IMG/VR virus record: IMGVR_UViG_3300037439_000094
Location: 1 to 44,971 of that record
From: a virus
Lineage: Duplodnaviria > Caudoviricetes
Reading direction: 5' to 3' (one strand)
DNA length: 44,971 bases
This document shows, piece after piece, positions 15,725 to 25,153 of the stretch. Position 1 is the stretch's first letter, and the number at the start of each line of letters is the position of its first letter. The translations under genes were made by a program, and so were the position numbers. The notes below the pieces were generated by a model. That model ran no database searches. It was not told where the DNA came from and saw only the letters and a list, made by a program, of their open reading frames with translations.

Positions 15725-17776
15725 ATGACCGTCACCTACTTCCAGCGCAGCACCACGTCAGATTTGACCGGCCCAGCAGGGACGGGCGGCACCACCCGTC
15801 ATCTGGTGGCTTCCCGAACCGCCGGCGGAGCTTCAGCAGATCTGATCACCGGCAACATGAATGCCGGGCTGTTCTGTAACCAGAACTTCTTTACGCCGGC
15901 TGACGACCCCGGGCTAAACGGCGCAATAGGCAACTTCACGGTCCCGGTCCGGATCACTGTCCAGAACGCCAACATCGCCATTCGCGTCTTCCTCGGCCGG
16001 GTCCTCGCTGGTGGCACCCTCCAGGGGACGGAGATCGAGGCCACCGAGGGCGCCCAGACCGCCGGAGCAGCGACCCGTACGTTCACGTGGACCGGGCTCA
16101 ACCAGGAGTCCTGGGCGTCGACTGACCGGTTGCGCATCCGGGTGCAGTTGACGAACACGTCGGGGTTGATGAACCAGTCGGCTACCATCGCGGTCGACAC
16201 TTCCGCCGACACGATTGACACCCCGTTCTCGTCCGGTGCCTTCACTGTCGGCGGATTCACCGGGTTCTACCGCAAGTCGCGGACAGCCGTGGATGGCACG
16301 AACCACACGGTGCTGCTTCCGGACGGCTCGAACGTGTCCGGCCGACTCGTGCTTGTCGTGTTCTCGGTGGACGGTAGCACGATCACCTGGCCGTCCTCGC
16401 CTGAGTTCCTACAGGTCGGCAACGTGGGCGTGACCGGCGCGGTGATCGCCGCCGCTTACCGGTTCATCGACGGCACCGAGAGCGGCTTCGACGGCACCGA
16501 CGACTCGATCGTCGTCGCTATGAGCGGCAGCGAGCAGTCAAACGCTCACGTCTTCACGTTCACGGACGGCCACCACGCCTCGACTCCCCCCGAGGCGGCC
16601 ACCGCCACGGGCTCGGGCGCCAATGCCGACCCGCCGTCGCTCAACCCGGCGGGCTGGGATGTCGAGGCGGCCCTGTGGGTCGCTGCCGCGGCCACCCGGT
16701 TCAACGCTCTCTTCAGTGTAGCGCCGGTTAGTTACACCGAGCTACTGCACTCGGGTGGCGGCCCAGCGAACGGCGACGATAACGCTTCGCTTGGCACGGC
16801 CCTCCGCGAGTTGTCCGCCGCCTCCGAGGACCCGGGCACGTTCACCTCCGGGGACGGTGGCCTGTGGGTGTCGATGACCGTCGCAGTCCGGCCCGCTGGT
16901 ACCGGAGGGGCGGTAGCGTTGGCGGCCACCCTCGACACCGTGTCAGACATGCAGGCTAGCCTCGGTCTCGCACTCTCTCTAGCTGCCACACTGGACTCGG
17001 TATCGGACAACCAGGCGTCACTGGGCCTAGCGGTGCCACTGGCAGCTACGCTCGACGCGGTCTCAGACCAACAGGCTTTCCTCCGACTAGCGTTGCCACT
17101 AGCTGCCTCGATGGATCTGGTGTCCAACCAGTCAGCTGATCTCAGCGTCACACTGGCCGGCACGAACCTCGAGGCCGTGATGAACGCGGTAAGTGATATC
17201 CAGGCGTCCCTCGGCATAGCCCTGCCTCTGGCAGCCACGGTGGACTCGGTATCCTCCCAGACAGGGTTCCTGGGTCTCGCTCTCCCCCTCGCGGCGAATC
17301 TGGATGCGGTATCAGACCAGACTGCGTTCCTCCGCCTGGCTCTGCCTCTGGTGGCTACCCTGGACGCCGTCTCTGCCATGACCGCTGATCTTGCGGTCCA
17401 GGGGGAGACACTTACGGCGTTCATGGACGCGGTGAGCGACATTCAGGCCTCTCTGGGCCTCCAGCTTCCTCTCGAAGCTACCGTGAACACCGTCTCGGAT
17501 CAGCAGGCCTCACTCCGTCTTGCTCTGGGTCTAGCGGCCAACATGGACAGTGTCACGGATCAGCAGGCTATCCTAGGTCTGCAGATCACGTTGGCAGCCC
17601 AGCTGGATTCGGTCTCGGACATGCTCGCCGACCTCGACGTGTTCCTGCCGGGACTTCTGCAGGTCAAGTTCGGAGTGCTGCGAAGAAGGTACGGGGTAAG
17701 GGTGGTGACGAGGAGGTACGCTGCGGGGGTGGTCACGAGACGATACGGGGCCGGTGAACTGAGGAGAGAGCCGTGA
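15725..17776 (+). CDS. putative head fibre or appendage protein with 20-aa repeats
   Basis: Two beta-rich N-terminal domains, then 12 LAAxxDxVSDxQAxLxLxLP repeats; sits between portal and scaffold. Confidence 0.65.
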   Translation: MTVTYFQRSTTSDLTGPAGTGGTTRHLVASRTAGGASADLITGNMNAGLFCNQNFFTPADDPGLNGAIGNFTVPVRITVQNANIAIRVFLGRVLAGGTLQGTEIEATEGAQTAGAATRTFTWTGLNQESWASTDRLRIRVQLTNTSGLMNQSATIAVDTSADTIDTPFSSGAFTVGGFTGFYRKSRTAVDGTNHTVLLPDGSNVSGRLVLVVFSVDGSTITWPSSPEFLQVGNVGVTGAVIAAAYRFIDGTESGFDGTDDSIVVAMSGSEQSNAHVFTFTDGHHASTPPEAATATGSGANADPPSLNPAGWDVEAALWVAAAATRFNALFSVAPVSYTELLHSGGGPANGDDNASLGTALRELSAASEDPGTFTSGDGGLWVSMTVAVRPAGTGGAVALAATLDTVSDMQASLGLALSLAATLDSVSDNQASLGLAVPLAATLDAVSDQQAFLRLALPLAASMDLVSNQSADLSVTLAGTNLEAVMNAVSDIQASLGIALPLAATVDSVSSQTGFLGLALPLAANLDAVSDQTAFLRLALPLVATLDAVSAMTADLAVQGETLTAFMDAVSDIQASLGLQLPLEATVNTVSDQQASLRLALGLAANMDSVTDQQAILGLQITLAAQLDSVSDMLADLDVFLPGLLQVKFGVLRRRYGVRVVTRRYAAGVVTRRYGAGELRREP

Positions 17777-18096
17777 GCGGAACAGTGAACCTGGAACGCG
17801 AGACCGATGAGAAGTTGGAGATCCCTCTCGATACGTCCGAGGACCCGGACGCGTACTCGATCGAGTTCGCGATCACCACTTACACGAACAAGGAGGACCG
17901 CCCCGACACCTGGGTCGCGGGAACCTGGGACGGGGTAGCTGCGCCCTCGTCCAAGGGGTTCACCCGGGTAGCGGTCACCCCCTCGTTCGGGTCCACGTGG
18001 CCCATCGCCTCGGGAGACGACTTCGCCCTTTGGTCCCAGCTCGGGGCTGGGGCTGAGACGGTGGTGGAGAGGGTGGGGCGGGTGCGGGTGAAGTGA
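17773..18096 (+). CDS. small virion protein (probable fibre adaptor)
   Basis: GTGA coupling; beta-rich W..G.W..ETVV pattern. Confidence 0.6.
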   Translation: MSGTVNLERETDEKLEIPLDTSEDPDAYSIEFAITTYTNKEDRPDTWVAGTWDGVAAPSSKGFTRVAVTPSFGSTWPIASGDDFALWSQLGAGAETVVERVGRVRVK

Positions 18097-18145
18097 GGTG
18101 CTACACTCCGCCTCAACTTGACGGACCTCTCTTGGAGGATCAGAC

Positions 18146-18859
18146 ATGAGTGACGCAGGGAACACAGGTACGCCGCCGGCGGGTACACCACCTCCTCCTC
18201 CTCCGCCGCCTCCCGGAGACAAGCCTGGAGCGACCAAGGACCAGCTCGACAACCTGAACACCTGGGCGCAGTCCTTCGCAGCTCGAGAGAAGGCAGAGGG
18301 CAAGGCGGCCGTCGAACGGGACATCGCCGAGAAGCTGGGGATGACCCTGGACGAGGCTGCGACCCTGCTGGAGAGCGCCAAGGAGACCGAGCGGGCCAAG
18401 ATGACCGAGGCTGAGCGGAAGCTCGCCGAGGCTGGTGACAAGGAGACCAAGGTCTCGGCGGTCCAACAGTCCGCGAACCAGATCATCTACGACGGTCTGT
18501 GTCAGGATGCCCTGATGAGTCTGGGCATGGACCGGGACCAGGCCAAGGCGGCGACCGGCTTGATGAAGGTCAAGGGACAGCCCACCGTCGAGGCGTTCGT
18601 TGCAGCCGCTGAGGCTGTCAGGGTAGGGTTCCCCCAGCTCTTCGCTTCCAGTGGAGGCAACGGTGGTCCGGGTGCCACCGACGGACAACGGCGTGGACCA
18701 GTCGACTCGGCCACACCTGGTGGTCCTCCTGCCGGAGGTAGCGGCGGGGAGACGGCCAAGGACCGAGCACTGGCGAGGCTCCGCAAGGAGAAGGGAGGCC
18801 GTCTCAAGATGGACCTCCTACCGCGTCAAGATGAGATCGACCAACGAAGGGGCACCTGA
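18146..18859 (+). CDS. capsid scaffolding protein
   Basis: Pro-rich N-terminus, charged coiled coil (KMTEAERK), FPQLF motif, directly upstream of the capsid genes. Confidence 0.85.
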   Translation: MSDAGNTGTPPAGTPPPPPPPPPGDKPGATKDQLDNLNTWAQSFAAREKAEGKAAVERDIAEKLGMTLDEAATLLESAKETERAKMTEAERKLAEAGDKETKVSAVQQSANQIIYDGLCQDALMSLGMDRDQAKAATGLMKVKGQPTVEAFVAAAEAVRVGFPQLFASSGGNGGPGATDGQRRGPVDSATPGGPPAGGSGGETAKDRALARLRKEKGGRLKMDLLPRQDEIDQRRGT

Positions 18860-19311
18860 TGGACCTCAAGTTCGAAACCGAGGGGACGTTCCTCAACGAC
18901 GACAAGTCGTGGCTCGCCGCTCGGGAGGGGATCGACGATGCACGGAGCATCACGCTCGATCTCTCAACATTCACCGCGGTGGGGTTCTACCCGAACGGGT
19001 TCATCCCGTCGGGCACAGTCCTCGCGCGGATCACTGCGACGGGCCTGTACGTGCCCTTCGCGGACGGAGCCGTTGGGACCGGTGCCGAGATCCCGAGGGG
19101 CTTGCTCCTCTCGGCGGTCGAGGTGCGAGCCACCAACGTCACAGGCAAGGCCGCGGGCGCGCTCTTCTGGCGTGGCTCGGTCAAGCTGTCCCGGCTCCCT
19201 GTCCTGCCGTTCGGCGGCGGTGGCACCCCGGGTGGGCTGCAGACCAACGGCCAGGCAGAGCTGGCGACCGCCACCGCCACCGGCGGTGGCCAGATCCGGT
19301 TCGACGCGTAG
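18859..19311 (+). CDS. head decoration protein
   Basis: SITLD, GFIPSGTVLA..TATGLYVPF motifs; between scaffold and major capsid genes. Confidence 0.8.
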   Translation: MDLKFETEGTFLNDDKSWLAAREGIDDARSITLDLSTFTAVGFYPNGFIPSGTVLARITATGLYVPFADGAVGTGAEIPRGLLLSAVEVRATNVTGKAAGALFWRGSVKLSRLPVLPFGGGGTPGGLQTNGQAELATATATGGGQIRFDA

Positions 19312-19321
19312 GAGCTGACCG

Positions 19322-20401
19322 ATGGCAAACATGATCTTCGACCTGGTGGACCCGGTCGAACTGACCGAGTACGTCAGGGCGTACAACGACGAGACCCTGC
19401 GAGCACGTTTCGTGCTCGAGCAGATCCTTCCCAACCGGGAACTCCCCGACCTGGAGTACCGACTGCGCACCGGCGGCCTCACGGACGTCGACGTTGCCGA
19501 GTTCCGGGCCTGGGATACGCCTCCGCCCATGACCGGTCGTCCCGGCATCACGCGGAAGCGTGGCGAGCTGCCTCCGGTGTCCCGACAGATCCCACTGCTC
19601 GAGGAGGAGGGCCTCCGACTCCGTGCACTGGAGACGGGGTCCGACAACCCGATCGTCGACGCGATCTTCGACGACGCGGCCCGCATGATGCGAGCCGTGC
19701 AGGGCAGGATCGAGCTGGCCCGAGGTGACGTGCTCACCGACGGGATCGTCACCATCAACGAGAACGGGGTTAACCTCACGGTCGACTACGGGGTGGCCGC
19801 CGGTCATCTTCCCGTGCTCGCCGGTGCCGCGCAGTGGACGACGGCCAACGCGGCCACTGCCACCCCGATCACCAACCTGCTGGCCTGGCTGGAGACGTAC
19901 AAGACGGACACGGGCACGCTGCCCCGAGGCATCATGATGCCTCGATCGCGACTGGCGGCCCTGGCCGTCAACCTCGAGGTCCGCCAGTACGCCCAGGCGG
20001 GAGCGGCCACCACCACGGCCCGCGTCAACATGGCCACCATCGGCGAGATCTTTGCCGAGTTCGGCATCCCTCCCCTCATGGGACTGGGCGCCGATCCCAC
20101 AGGTGACCCCTTCTACGACGTGAGCGTGCGGGTGAACGGCACCTTGACCCGGGTCATCCCCGAGGACAAGGTCGTGTTCGTGCCTCCCGCCGACGAGCCG
20201 CTCGGCAACACCTTCTACGGCCTGACCGCCGAGGCGGTGCGGCTCATCGAGCGGAACAAGATCACGGCGCAGGACGCGGCAGGTGTGGTCGCCCTGGTGC
20301 TCCAGAACGACAACCCCGTCCAGACCTTCACGCTCGCCACGGCGATCGCCCTCCCGGCCATCGCCAACCCCGAGCTGATCTTCACGGCCGACGTGGCCTG
20401 A
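19322..20401 (+). CDS. major capsid protein (lambda E-like actinophage family)
   Basis: AEFRAWDT, GELPPVSRQIPL.EE and R.ELARGDVL motifs; 359 aa. Confidence 0.92.
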   Translation: MANMIFDLVDPVELTEYVRAYNDETLRARFVLEQILPNRELPDLEYRLRTGGLTDVDVAEFRAWDTPPPMTGRPGITRKRGELPPVSRQIPLLEEEGLRLRALETGSDNPIVDAIFDDAARMMRAVQGRIELARGDVLTDGIVTINENGVNLTVDYGVAAGHLPVLAGAAQWTTANAATATPITNLLAWLETYKTDTGTLPRGIMMPRSRLAALAVNLEVRQYAQAGAATTTARVNMATIGEIFAEFGIPPLMGLGADPTGDPFYDVSVRVNGTLTRVIPEDKVVFVPPADEPLGNTFYGLTAEAVRLIERNKITAQDAAGVVALVLQNDNPVQTFTLATAIALPAIANPELIFTADVA

Positions 20402-20412
20402 TCGGAGGAGAC

Positions 20413-20907
20413 ATGACAGTCACAGCGAAGTACCCGATCCAGGTCGGTGACAAGGACCACGACACCGTCGACCTACAGCCGGGGGACGATGTCCCCTCGT
20501 GGGCGGAGGAGTACCTGAAGCCCGAGGTCGTGGTCGAGGGACACCCCGAGGCCGCCGGTTCGGACCTGTACTCGGATCAGATCTACGACGCCGTGTGTAT
20601 GGCGGCCAAGGCGGTCGGTCTCGAGGACAGCGACATCGAGGGCCTCAGTTCCGAGCAGATCGCCGCGCTCGTCCGGTCCGTCAACAAGGACCAGGAGATG
20701 GTCGAGGAGTTCGGCGAGGACGCTCTCGACGAGGAGGACGCTGACCCCGGCAACGTCGATCCGATGGTGAAGCTGTTCGGCACACAGAACGCCGACGGCA
20801 ACGTCAACGCTCCGGACCAGGCCGAGAAGAAGTCCAGGTCCAAGTCCACCGGGTCCAGCGGGTCCACCGGGAGCCAGGGCGGTTCCACCGGTGGCTCTGA
20901 CACCTGA
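20413..20907 (+). CDS. capsid-adjacent hypothetical protein
   Basis: PGDDVPSWA motif, acidic, GGAGGAG RBS. Confidence 0.7.
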   Translation: MTVTAKYPIQVGDKDHDTVDLQPGDDVPSWAEEYLKPEVVVEGHPEAAGSDLYSDQIYDAVCMAAKAVGLEDSDIEGLSSEQIAALVRSVNKDQEMVEEFGEDALDEEDADPGNVDPMVKLFGTQNADGNVNAPDQAEKKSRSKSTGSSGSTGSQGGSTGGSDT

Positions 20908-21232
20908 TCAACTCAGCATCGTCCGCGCCGAGATCGGTGACGCGGTACCACCAGAGGACGGCGATCTCGACGATCTCCACGAGCAGTACGGTGGACTCGT
21001 CGGGATTGTCCGTCACATCTGGAAGCATCGGCTAGCTGACCTCCTGGCTGACCCGGCATCCTTCACGGTGCCTGGTGAGTACGGACAGAACACAACCGAG
21101 AACATCAAGGCGATCCAGAAGCGGTTGTTCGAGCTGGCCTCGTACGCAGATGACGGCGATCTTCTGCCGCCAGGAGGTGTCGCAGTTGTGACACGGTTCT
21201 TCCAGCTCGTTCGTCAAGGCCAGGACCGGTAG
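20891..21232 (+). CDS. head-to-tail adaptor
   Basis: Synteny; R.EIGD..PP, PASFTVPGEYGQ motifs. Confidence 0.65.
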   Translation: MALTPDQLSIVRAEIGDAVPPEDGDLDDLHEQYGGLVGIVRHIWKHRLADLLADPASFTVPGEYGQNTTENIKAIQKRLFELASYADDGDLLPPGGVAVVTRFFQLVRQGQDR

Positions 21233-21240
21233 GAGGCATC

Positions 21241-21570
21241 ATGGCCGTACTCTCCATCCAGCCCGTGCAGTTTCCTCCGGTGGCCACCAGCGTCCAGGCA
21301 CCGTCGGGGACTGCTCTCGGGTCCGACTCCGTGCCGGCGGCACCGAACCTGATGCTCTACGTGGGGAACACGTCGGGCGCCAGCAGGACCGTGACCGTCA
21401 AGACGCCCCACGTCGTCCACGGGCAGGCGGTTCCTGACGTGGACATCGTGCTGGCGGTCAACGGGTTCCGGCTCGTCGCGTTGCCCATGGACCTGCAGGA
21501 AGCCGACGGTCTCATCAAGCTGGGGTGCAACAACGTGGCCGGCGTCGAGCTGGCAGCGTTGGCCCGGTGA
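21241..21570 (+). CDS. virion-associated hypothetical protein
   Basis: AGGAGG RBS; LYVGNTSGASRTVTV pattern. Confidence 0.65.
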   Translation: MAVLSIQPVQFPPVATSVQAPSGTALGSDSVPAAPNLMLYVGNTSGASRTVTVKTPHVVHGQAVPDVDIVLAVNGFRLVALPMDLQEADGLIKLGCNNVAGVELAALAR

Positions 21571-21869
21571 TGTTCGGTTCACGGCAGCAGCTGCTCAGAC
21601 TCACTTGGGATGAGATCAACGAGCAGCTGGACAAGGGTGCCCGGGTGGTCTGGATGCAGCGGACCATCCCGTCAGGCGACAAGGAGCTGTTCGACGCGGT
21701 CCTCGACACCGAGATCCAGACGGACGTCTCGCCCGTCGACGTGATCCGGGGCTTTCTGGGGTCGGTGTCACCGTCCAAGCTCGAGAAGGGGATGCTCGAG
21801 GACGACTGCATCCAGCTCACCCCCGGCGAGGCAGCCCTCAAGGTCCTGGGCGGGATGGTCAAGGAGTAG
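21570..21869 (+). CDS. hypothetical protein
   Basis: TGATG coupling. Confidence 0.6.
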   Translation: MFGSRQQLLRLTWDEINEQLDKGARVVWMQRTIPSGDKELFDAVLDTEIQTDVSPVDVIRGFLGSVSPSKLEKGMLEDDCIQLTPGEAALKVLGGMVKE

Positions 21870-21872
21870 CGG

Positions 21873-22295
21873 GTGCCCCTGGATCTCACCAGGCTTCGGC
21901 CTCGTCTAGACAACCTGCTCCTCGTTGACTCGTGCGAGATCTGGCGAGACGTCGAGGGCAGTCTAGACGACGTCACGGATCCGGTCACCGGGTCCGTGAC
22001 TGGACCTGCTCCTGACGCTACCCTGGTCTACAACGGACAGGCGGGCCTGAGGCACGTGCTTCACGGCATGATGTTGACGGAGTCCGGTGCCGGAGTGGTA
22101 GTCGGAGAGTACGAGGTCAAGGTACCCGCGGGTACCTCGGTCAGGCCCGGTGATCTGCTCAAGTTCACTGCCACGTCTCACGACGCACTTCTACTGGGAA
22201 AGTGGATGCGGATACGTGAACTGCTGCACTCGTCTCTGACCATCTTCACGAAGTTCAGAGCGGAGCTGAGGGAACGGGCCAGTGATCGTCCCTAG
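21873..22295 (+). CDS. head-to-tail stopper (DUF6093-like)
   Basis: DSCEIWR, DPVTG, VYNG motifs; synteny. Confidence 0.75.
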   Translation: MPLDLTRLRPRLDNLLLVDSCEIWRDVEGSLDDVTDPVTGSVTGPAPDATLVYNGQAGLRHVLHGMMLTESGAGVVVGEYEVKVPAGTSVRPGDLLKFTATSHDALLLGKWMRIRELLHSSLTIFTKFRAELRERASDRP

Positions 22296-22677
22296 GTTCA
22301 TCGTGGTGGGTGCCCGTGACATCAGGGGTCGGTTCATCCGCAAGGCTCTGGTGCTCGACAAGGAGATCATCGAGGCCACGGACATCAACGCAAGGCGACT
22401 GGTGGAGGAGATCCGGATACGAGCCAGTGGGCGTCCAGGTCCCAACGTGCAGACCGGTGCCTACCGAGACTCCTGGTACGTGGTGGCAGACGGTAACCAG
22501 AGGATCGTGACCACCGACGCTCCGCAAGCACGCCGCCTCGAGCTGGGATTCTCGGGGGTGGACTCGCTGGGGCGGGTGTACGACCAACCGCCGTTCCCTC
22601 ACGTCAGGCCCGCCGCAGATGCGATCGAGACCACGTACGTCAGAGATATGATCGTCGTCGCGAACAGGGGGATCTAG
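22282..22677 (+). CDS. HK97 gp10-like tail completion protein
   Basis: ASGRPGPNVQTGAYR.SW, ARRLELGF.G.DSLGR.Y.QPPFPH.RPA. Confidence 0.8.
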   Translation: MIVPRFIVVGARDIRGRFIRKALVLDKEIIEATDINARRLVEEIRIRASGRPGPNVQTGAYRDSWYVVADGNQRIVTTDAPQARRLELGFSGVDSLGRVYDQPPFPHVRPAADAIETTYVRDMIVVANRGI

Positions 22678-23153
22678 TGACCCAGTTCGTGATAGAGCGG
22701 CACCCGGTCACGATCGGGCTGCGTGACATGCTCCGCACCTTCCTGCTCGGTAAGGGTAGCTCGGCACGTGATCTACGCATCGAGTCGGGGGAGTCGCCCA
22801 GGGATCTGCTCTACGACGATAAGAACAGGTTGGTGGACCCGTACGCCATCATCTATCCGGTGCAGAGCCTCAACCTGTACGGCGATTACGCCAACCCTCA
22901 ATCCAGTGCTACATTGTCCTACCAGATCACCTCCGTCGGGAGGACAGACGACAGTGCCGGTATCATGTCAGACCTCGTTCGCCGCGGTGTGACAGAGAGA
23001 GCCGCGAGTAGCACGTTCGTACGAAGCATCTCTGCGGGAGCATCGATGACGGTCACGGACAGGCGCATCCGCGAGTTGGGGATGATGTTCCCTGACGCCG
23101 GCCTGTACAACGTCCACGATATCTTTGACCTGGAGGTACAGGCTCATGCCTGA
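22677..23153 (+). CDS. tail terminator
   Basis: PYAIIYP and YQITSVG motifs; position before the tail tube gene. Confidence 0.7.
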   Translation: MTQFVIERHPVTIGLRDMLRTFLLGKGSSARDLRIESGESPRDLLYDDKNRLVDPYAIIYPVQSLNLYGDYANPQSSATLSYQITSVGRTDDSAGIMSDLVRRGVTERAASSTFVRSISAGASMTVTDRRIRELGMMFPDAGLYNVHDIFDLEVQAHA

Positions 23154-23535
23154 CGAAGGTTGGGTGAGGATCTACCACCCCGATCAGTACCCCGAACCGC
23201 CCGATCCGGATGAGCCGGAGGACGAGACGAAGTTCGCCACCGTGACCGCGGAGTCGTTCCACCAGGTGTGGGACCGTCGCGGCTGGCTCAACCTCGACGA
23301 GGTACGGGCTGCCGTCGACCCCGAGGACATGCCGGACTCGGCAGCGGGACGGATCAAGTGGATCGACTCGGACCCGGACATGCGGGTTGCTCGAGCACGC
23401 GCGGTGCTCGAGGACGAGGAGAGCCGAGACAGTCCGCGCAGCACGGTGGTCGAGCACGCCGAGACCATCGTCATCGATCACACCACCTCGAACGAGGACC
23501 AGACCACTCCTGACAACGAAGGCTCCAAGGAGTAA
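23146..23535 (+). CDS. hypothetical protein (YHP...W...GW module)
   Basis: ATG 23146 with GGAGG RBS. Confidence 0.7.
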   Translation: MPDEGWVRIYHPDQYPEPPDPDEPEDETKFATVTAESFHQVWDRRGWLNLDEVRAAVDPEDMPDSAAGRIKWIDSDPDMRVARARAVLEDEESRDSPRSTVVEHAETIVIDHTTSNEDQTTPDNEGSKE

Positions 23536-23537
23536 CC

Positions 23538-24014
23538 ATGTCACGGTTCTTCCGCCGAGGTACCACGAAGACGTACTGGGTCCCGACCCTGGGGTCACTG
23601 ACCGCTCCGTCGGCTGCCCAGGTCAACGCCGGCGTCAACATGACCCAGCAGGTGGCGGACATCAGCGGGTTCGAGTTCGCGAACTCGCCCATCCCCACCC
23701 CCGACCTGTCGACGACCTTCACGACCACCATCCCGGGCGAGGACACAGCCCAGGAGCCACAGCTGGTGTTCTACGAGGACAACGTCGCGAACACCCTGCA
23801 GACGACCCTGGCGAAGGGAACCACGGGACACGTGGTGATCTTCTACAAGGGCACCGCGGGAGCGTCGCCCGCCACGGGAGACAAGGCCGAGGTGTGGGCG
23901 ACCATCTCGACCGGTCCCTACCGCGAGTACAGCATGGGCAATGACCCGGCACGGTGGGGCGCGAGGTTCACGCCCACAGCCCCACCGTCCTTCGACGCGA
24001 CCCTGGTCGCGTAG
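23538..24014 (+). CDS. major tail (tube) protein
   Basis: YWVPT..APSAAQVNAG, PTPDL..F..TIPG, GDKAEVW motifs of actinophage tail tube proteins. Confidence 0.88.
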   Translation: MSRFFRRGTTKTYWVPTLGSLTAPSAAQVNAGVNMTQQVADISGFEFANSPIPTPDLSTTFTTTIPGEDTAQEPQLVFYEDNVANTLQTTLAKGTTGHVVIFYKGTAGASPATGDKAEVWATISTGPYREYSMGNDPARWGARFTPTAPPSFDATLVA

Positions 24015-24056
24015 CTCAGTTCAACCAGACAACCCGACTAGACAAGGGGTACACAG

Positions 24057-24770
24057 ATGGCTACGAAGTCGAGCGGTCGAACCACCGCTCCCAAGAGGCA
24101 GAGGCGATCAGCCCCCGTGGACAACGGGGGCGATCACCTCGAGGACGACGACTCGACAGTCACCAAGCTGCCGAGAACTCCTCTCGACCATCTCAAGAGC
24201 CGCAAGAAGCGGGTCACCCGGCGAGTGCCCATCGCGATGGACAACCAGCTGCTCGTCGCCCGTGACGAGGCCAAGTCACGGTTCATGCAGGCAGATCTGC
24301 AGGCCAAGATGGGCGGTACTCGTGGTATCCGGACCCAGGAGGACCAGGAGCGCATCGCCGAGCTTCGTGAGGAGCTGGAGGAGGCCGAGCAGGCGCTCGC
24401 AGGCAACGTGGAGTGGTTCGAGGCACGTAGCCTGGGCCAGAAGGCCTGGGACGAACTCGTGTCGAAACACCCTCCCACGGATGAGCAGCGCAAGCAGGCC
24501 AAGAAGGACGGCATCGGTGCTCTCCTGTACAACCAGGACACCTTCCTTCCTGCCGTGGTGGCGGCGTGCTGCTACTGGGTCCACACGGACGACGACGGGG
24601 AGGAGGTCCTGGAGCCTCTCACGGTCAAGTTCGTCGACTACATGCAGAACGATCCCGAGACACCCTGGACCCAGGGTGAGATCCTCGAGCTGGCTGAGGT
24701 CTCGACCGAGGTCAACCAGAACACGCGACGAGTCGGTGATCTGGGAAACGCATCAAGGCGGACCCGCTAA
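24057..24770 (+). CDS. tail assembly chaperone (G)
   Basis: Between major tail and tape measure genes; WDELVSKHPPT, YNQDTFLPA. Confidence 0.85.
   Translation: MATKSSGRTTAPKRQRRSAPVDNGGDHLEDDDSTVTKLPRTPLDHLKSRKKRVTRRVPIAMDNQLLVARDEAKSRFMQADLQAKMGGTRGIRTQEDQERIAELREELEEAEQALAGNVEWFEARSLGQKAWDELVSKHPPTDEQRKQAKKDGIGALLYNQDTFLPAVVAACCYWVHTDDDGEEVLEPLTVKFVDYMQNDPETPWTQGEILELAEVSTEVNQNTRRVGDLGNASRRTR
24743..24749 (+). other. programmed -1 ribosomal frameshift site G GGA AAC
   Basis: Canonical X XXY YYZ heptamer; the -1 frame reads KRIKADPLTREELLVCRKYG into ORF 24782-25153. Confidence 0.85.
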
Positions 24771-25153
24771 CACGGGAGGAGTTGCTGGTCTGCCGTAAGT
24801 ACGGCATCTCCCACTCGCACTTCATGGGTGGGCCGAGAAGGTGGAACCAACTTGATCGAGACAAGGCGATCGCACTTGAGAGGCTTCTGCGTGAGCAGTG
24901 CCCTCGCTGCGGTACCTTATCTGAGGACTGGGTGGACTCCGAGACAGGCATTCCACTCGAGAGACCAACACTGGCAGCGGTGTCGAGGCACTGCTACGGA
25001 TGCGACAACATTGAGGCCGTAGAGAGTCAGATCCCGAAGAAGGTGCGGGGCGCGTACGTGGCCCTCATCCCATTTGATGATCTGGAATATGAGAACCCGG
25101 CAGTTCTCACTCCTACTGATCTTCTGGAGAACGAGATCAAGGTCGCACCGTGA
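24743..25153 (+). CDS. tail assembly chaperone frameshift extension (GT)
   Basis: Open -1 frame; GISHSHF.G, W...DR.KA, CPRCG and CYGC motifs. Confidence 0.8.
   Translation, partial: GKRIKADPLTREELLVCRKYGISHSHFMGGPRRWNQLDRDKAIALERLLREQCPRCGTLSEDWVDSETGIPLERPTLAAVSRHCYGCDNIEAVESQIPKKVRGAYVALIPFDDLEYENPAVLTPTDLLENEIKVAP

Noticed and set aside
16919-17650. CRISPR-like 60-bp periodicity
   Set aside because: These are in-frame coding repeats with synonymous divergence; there is no constant repeat with unique spacers.
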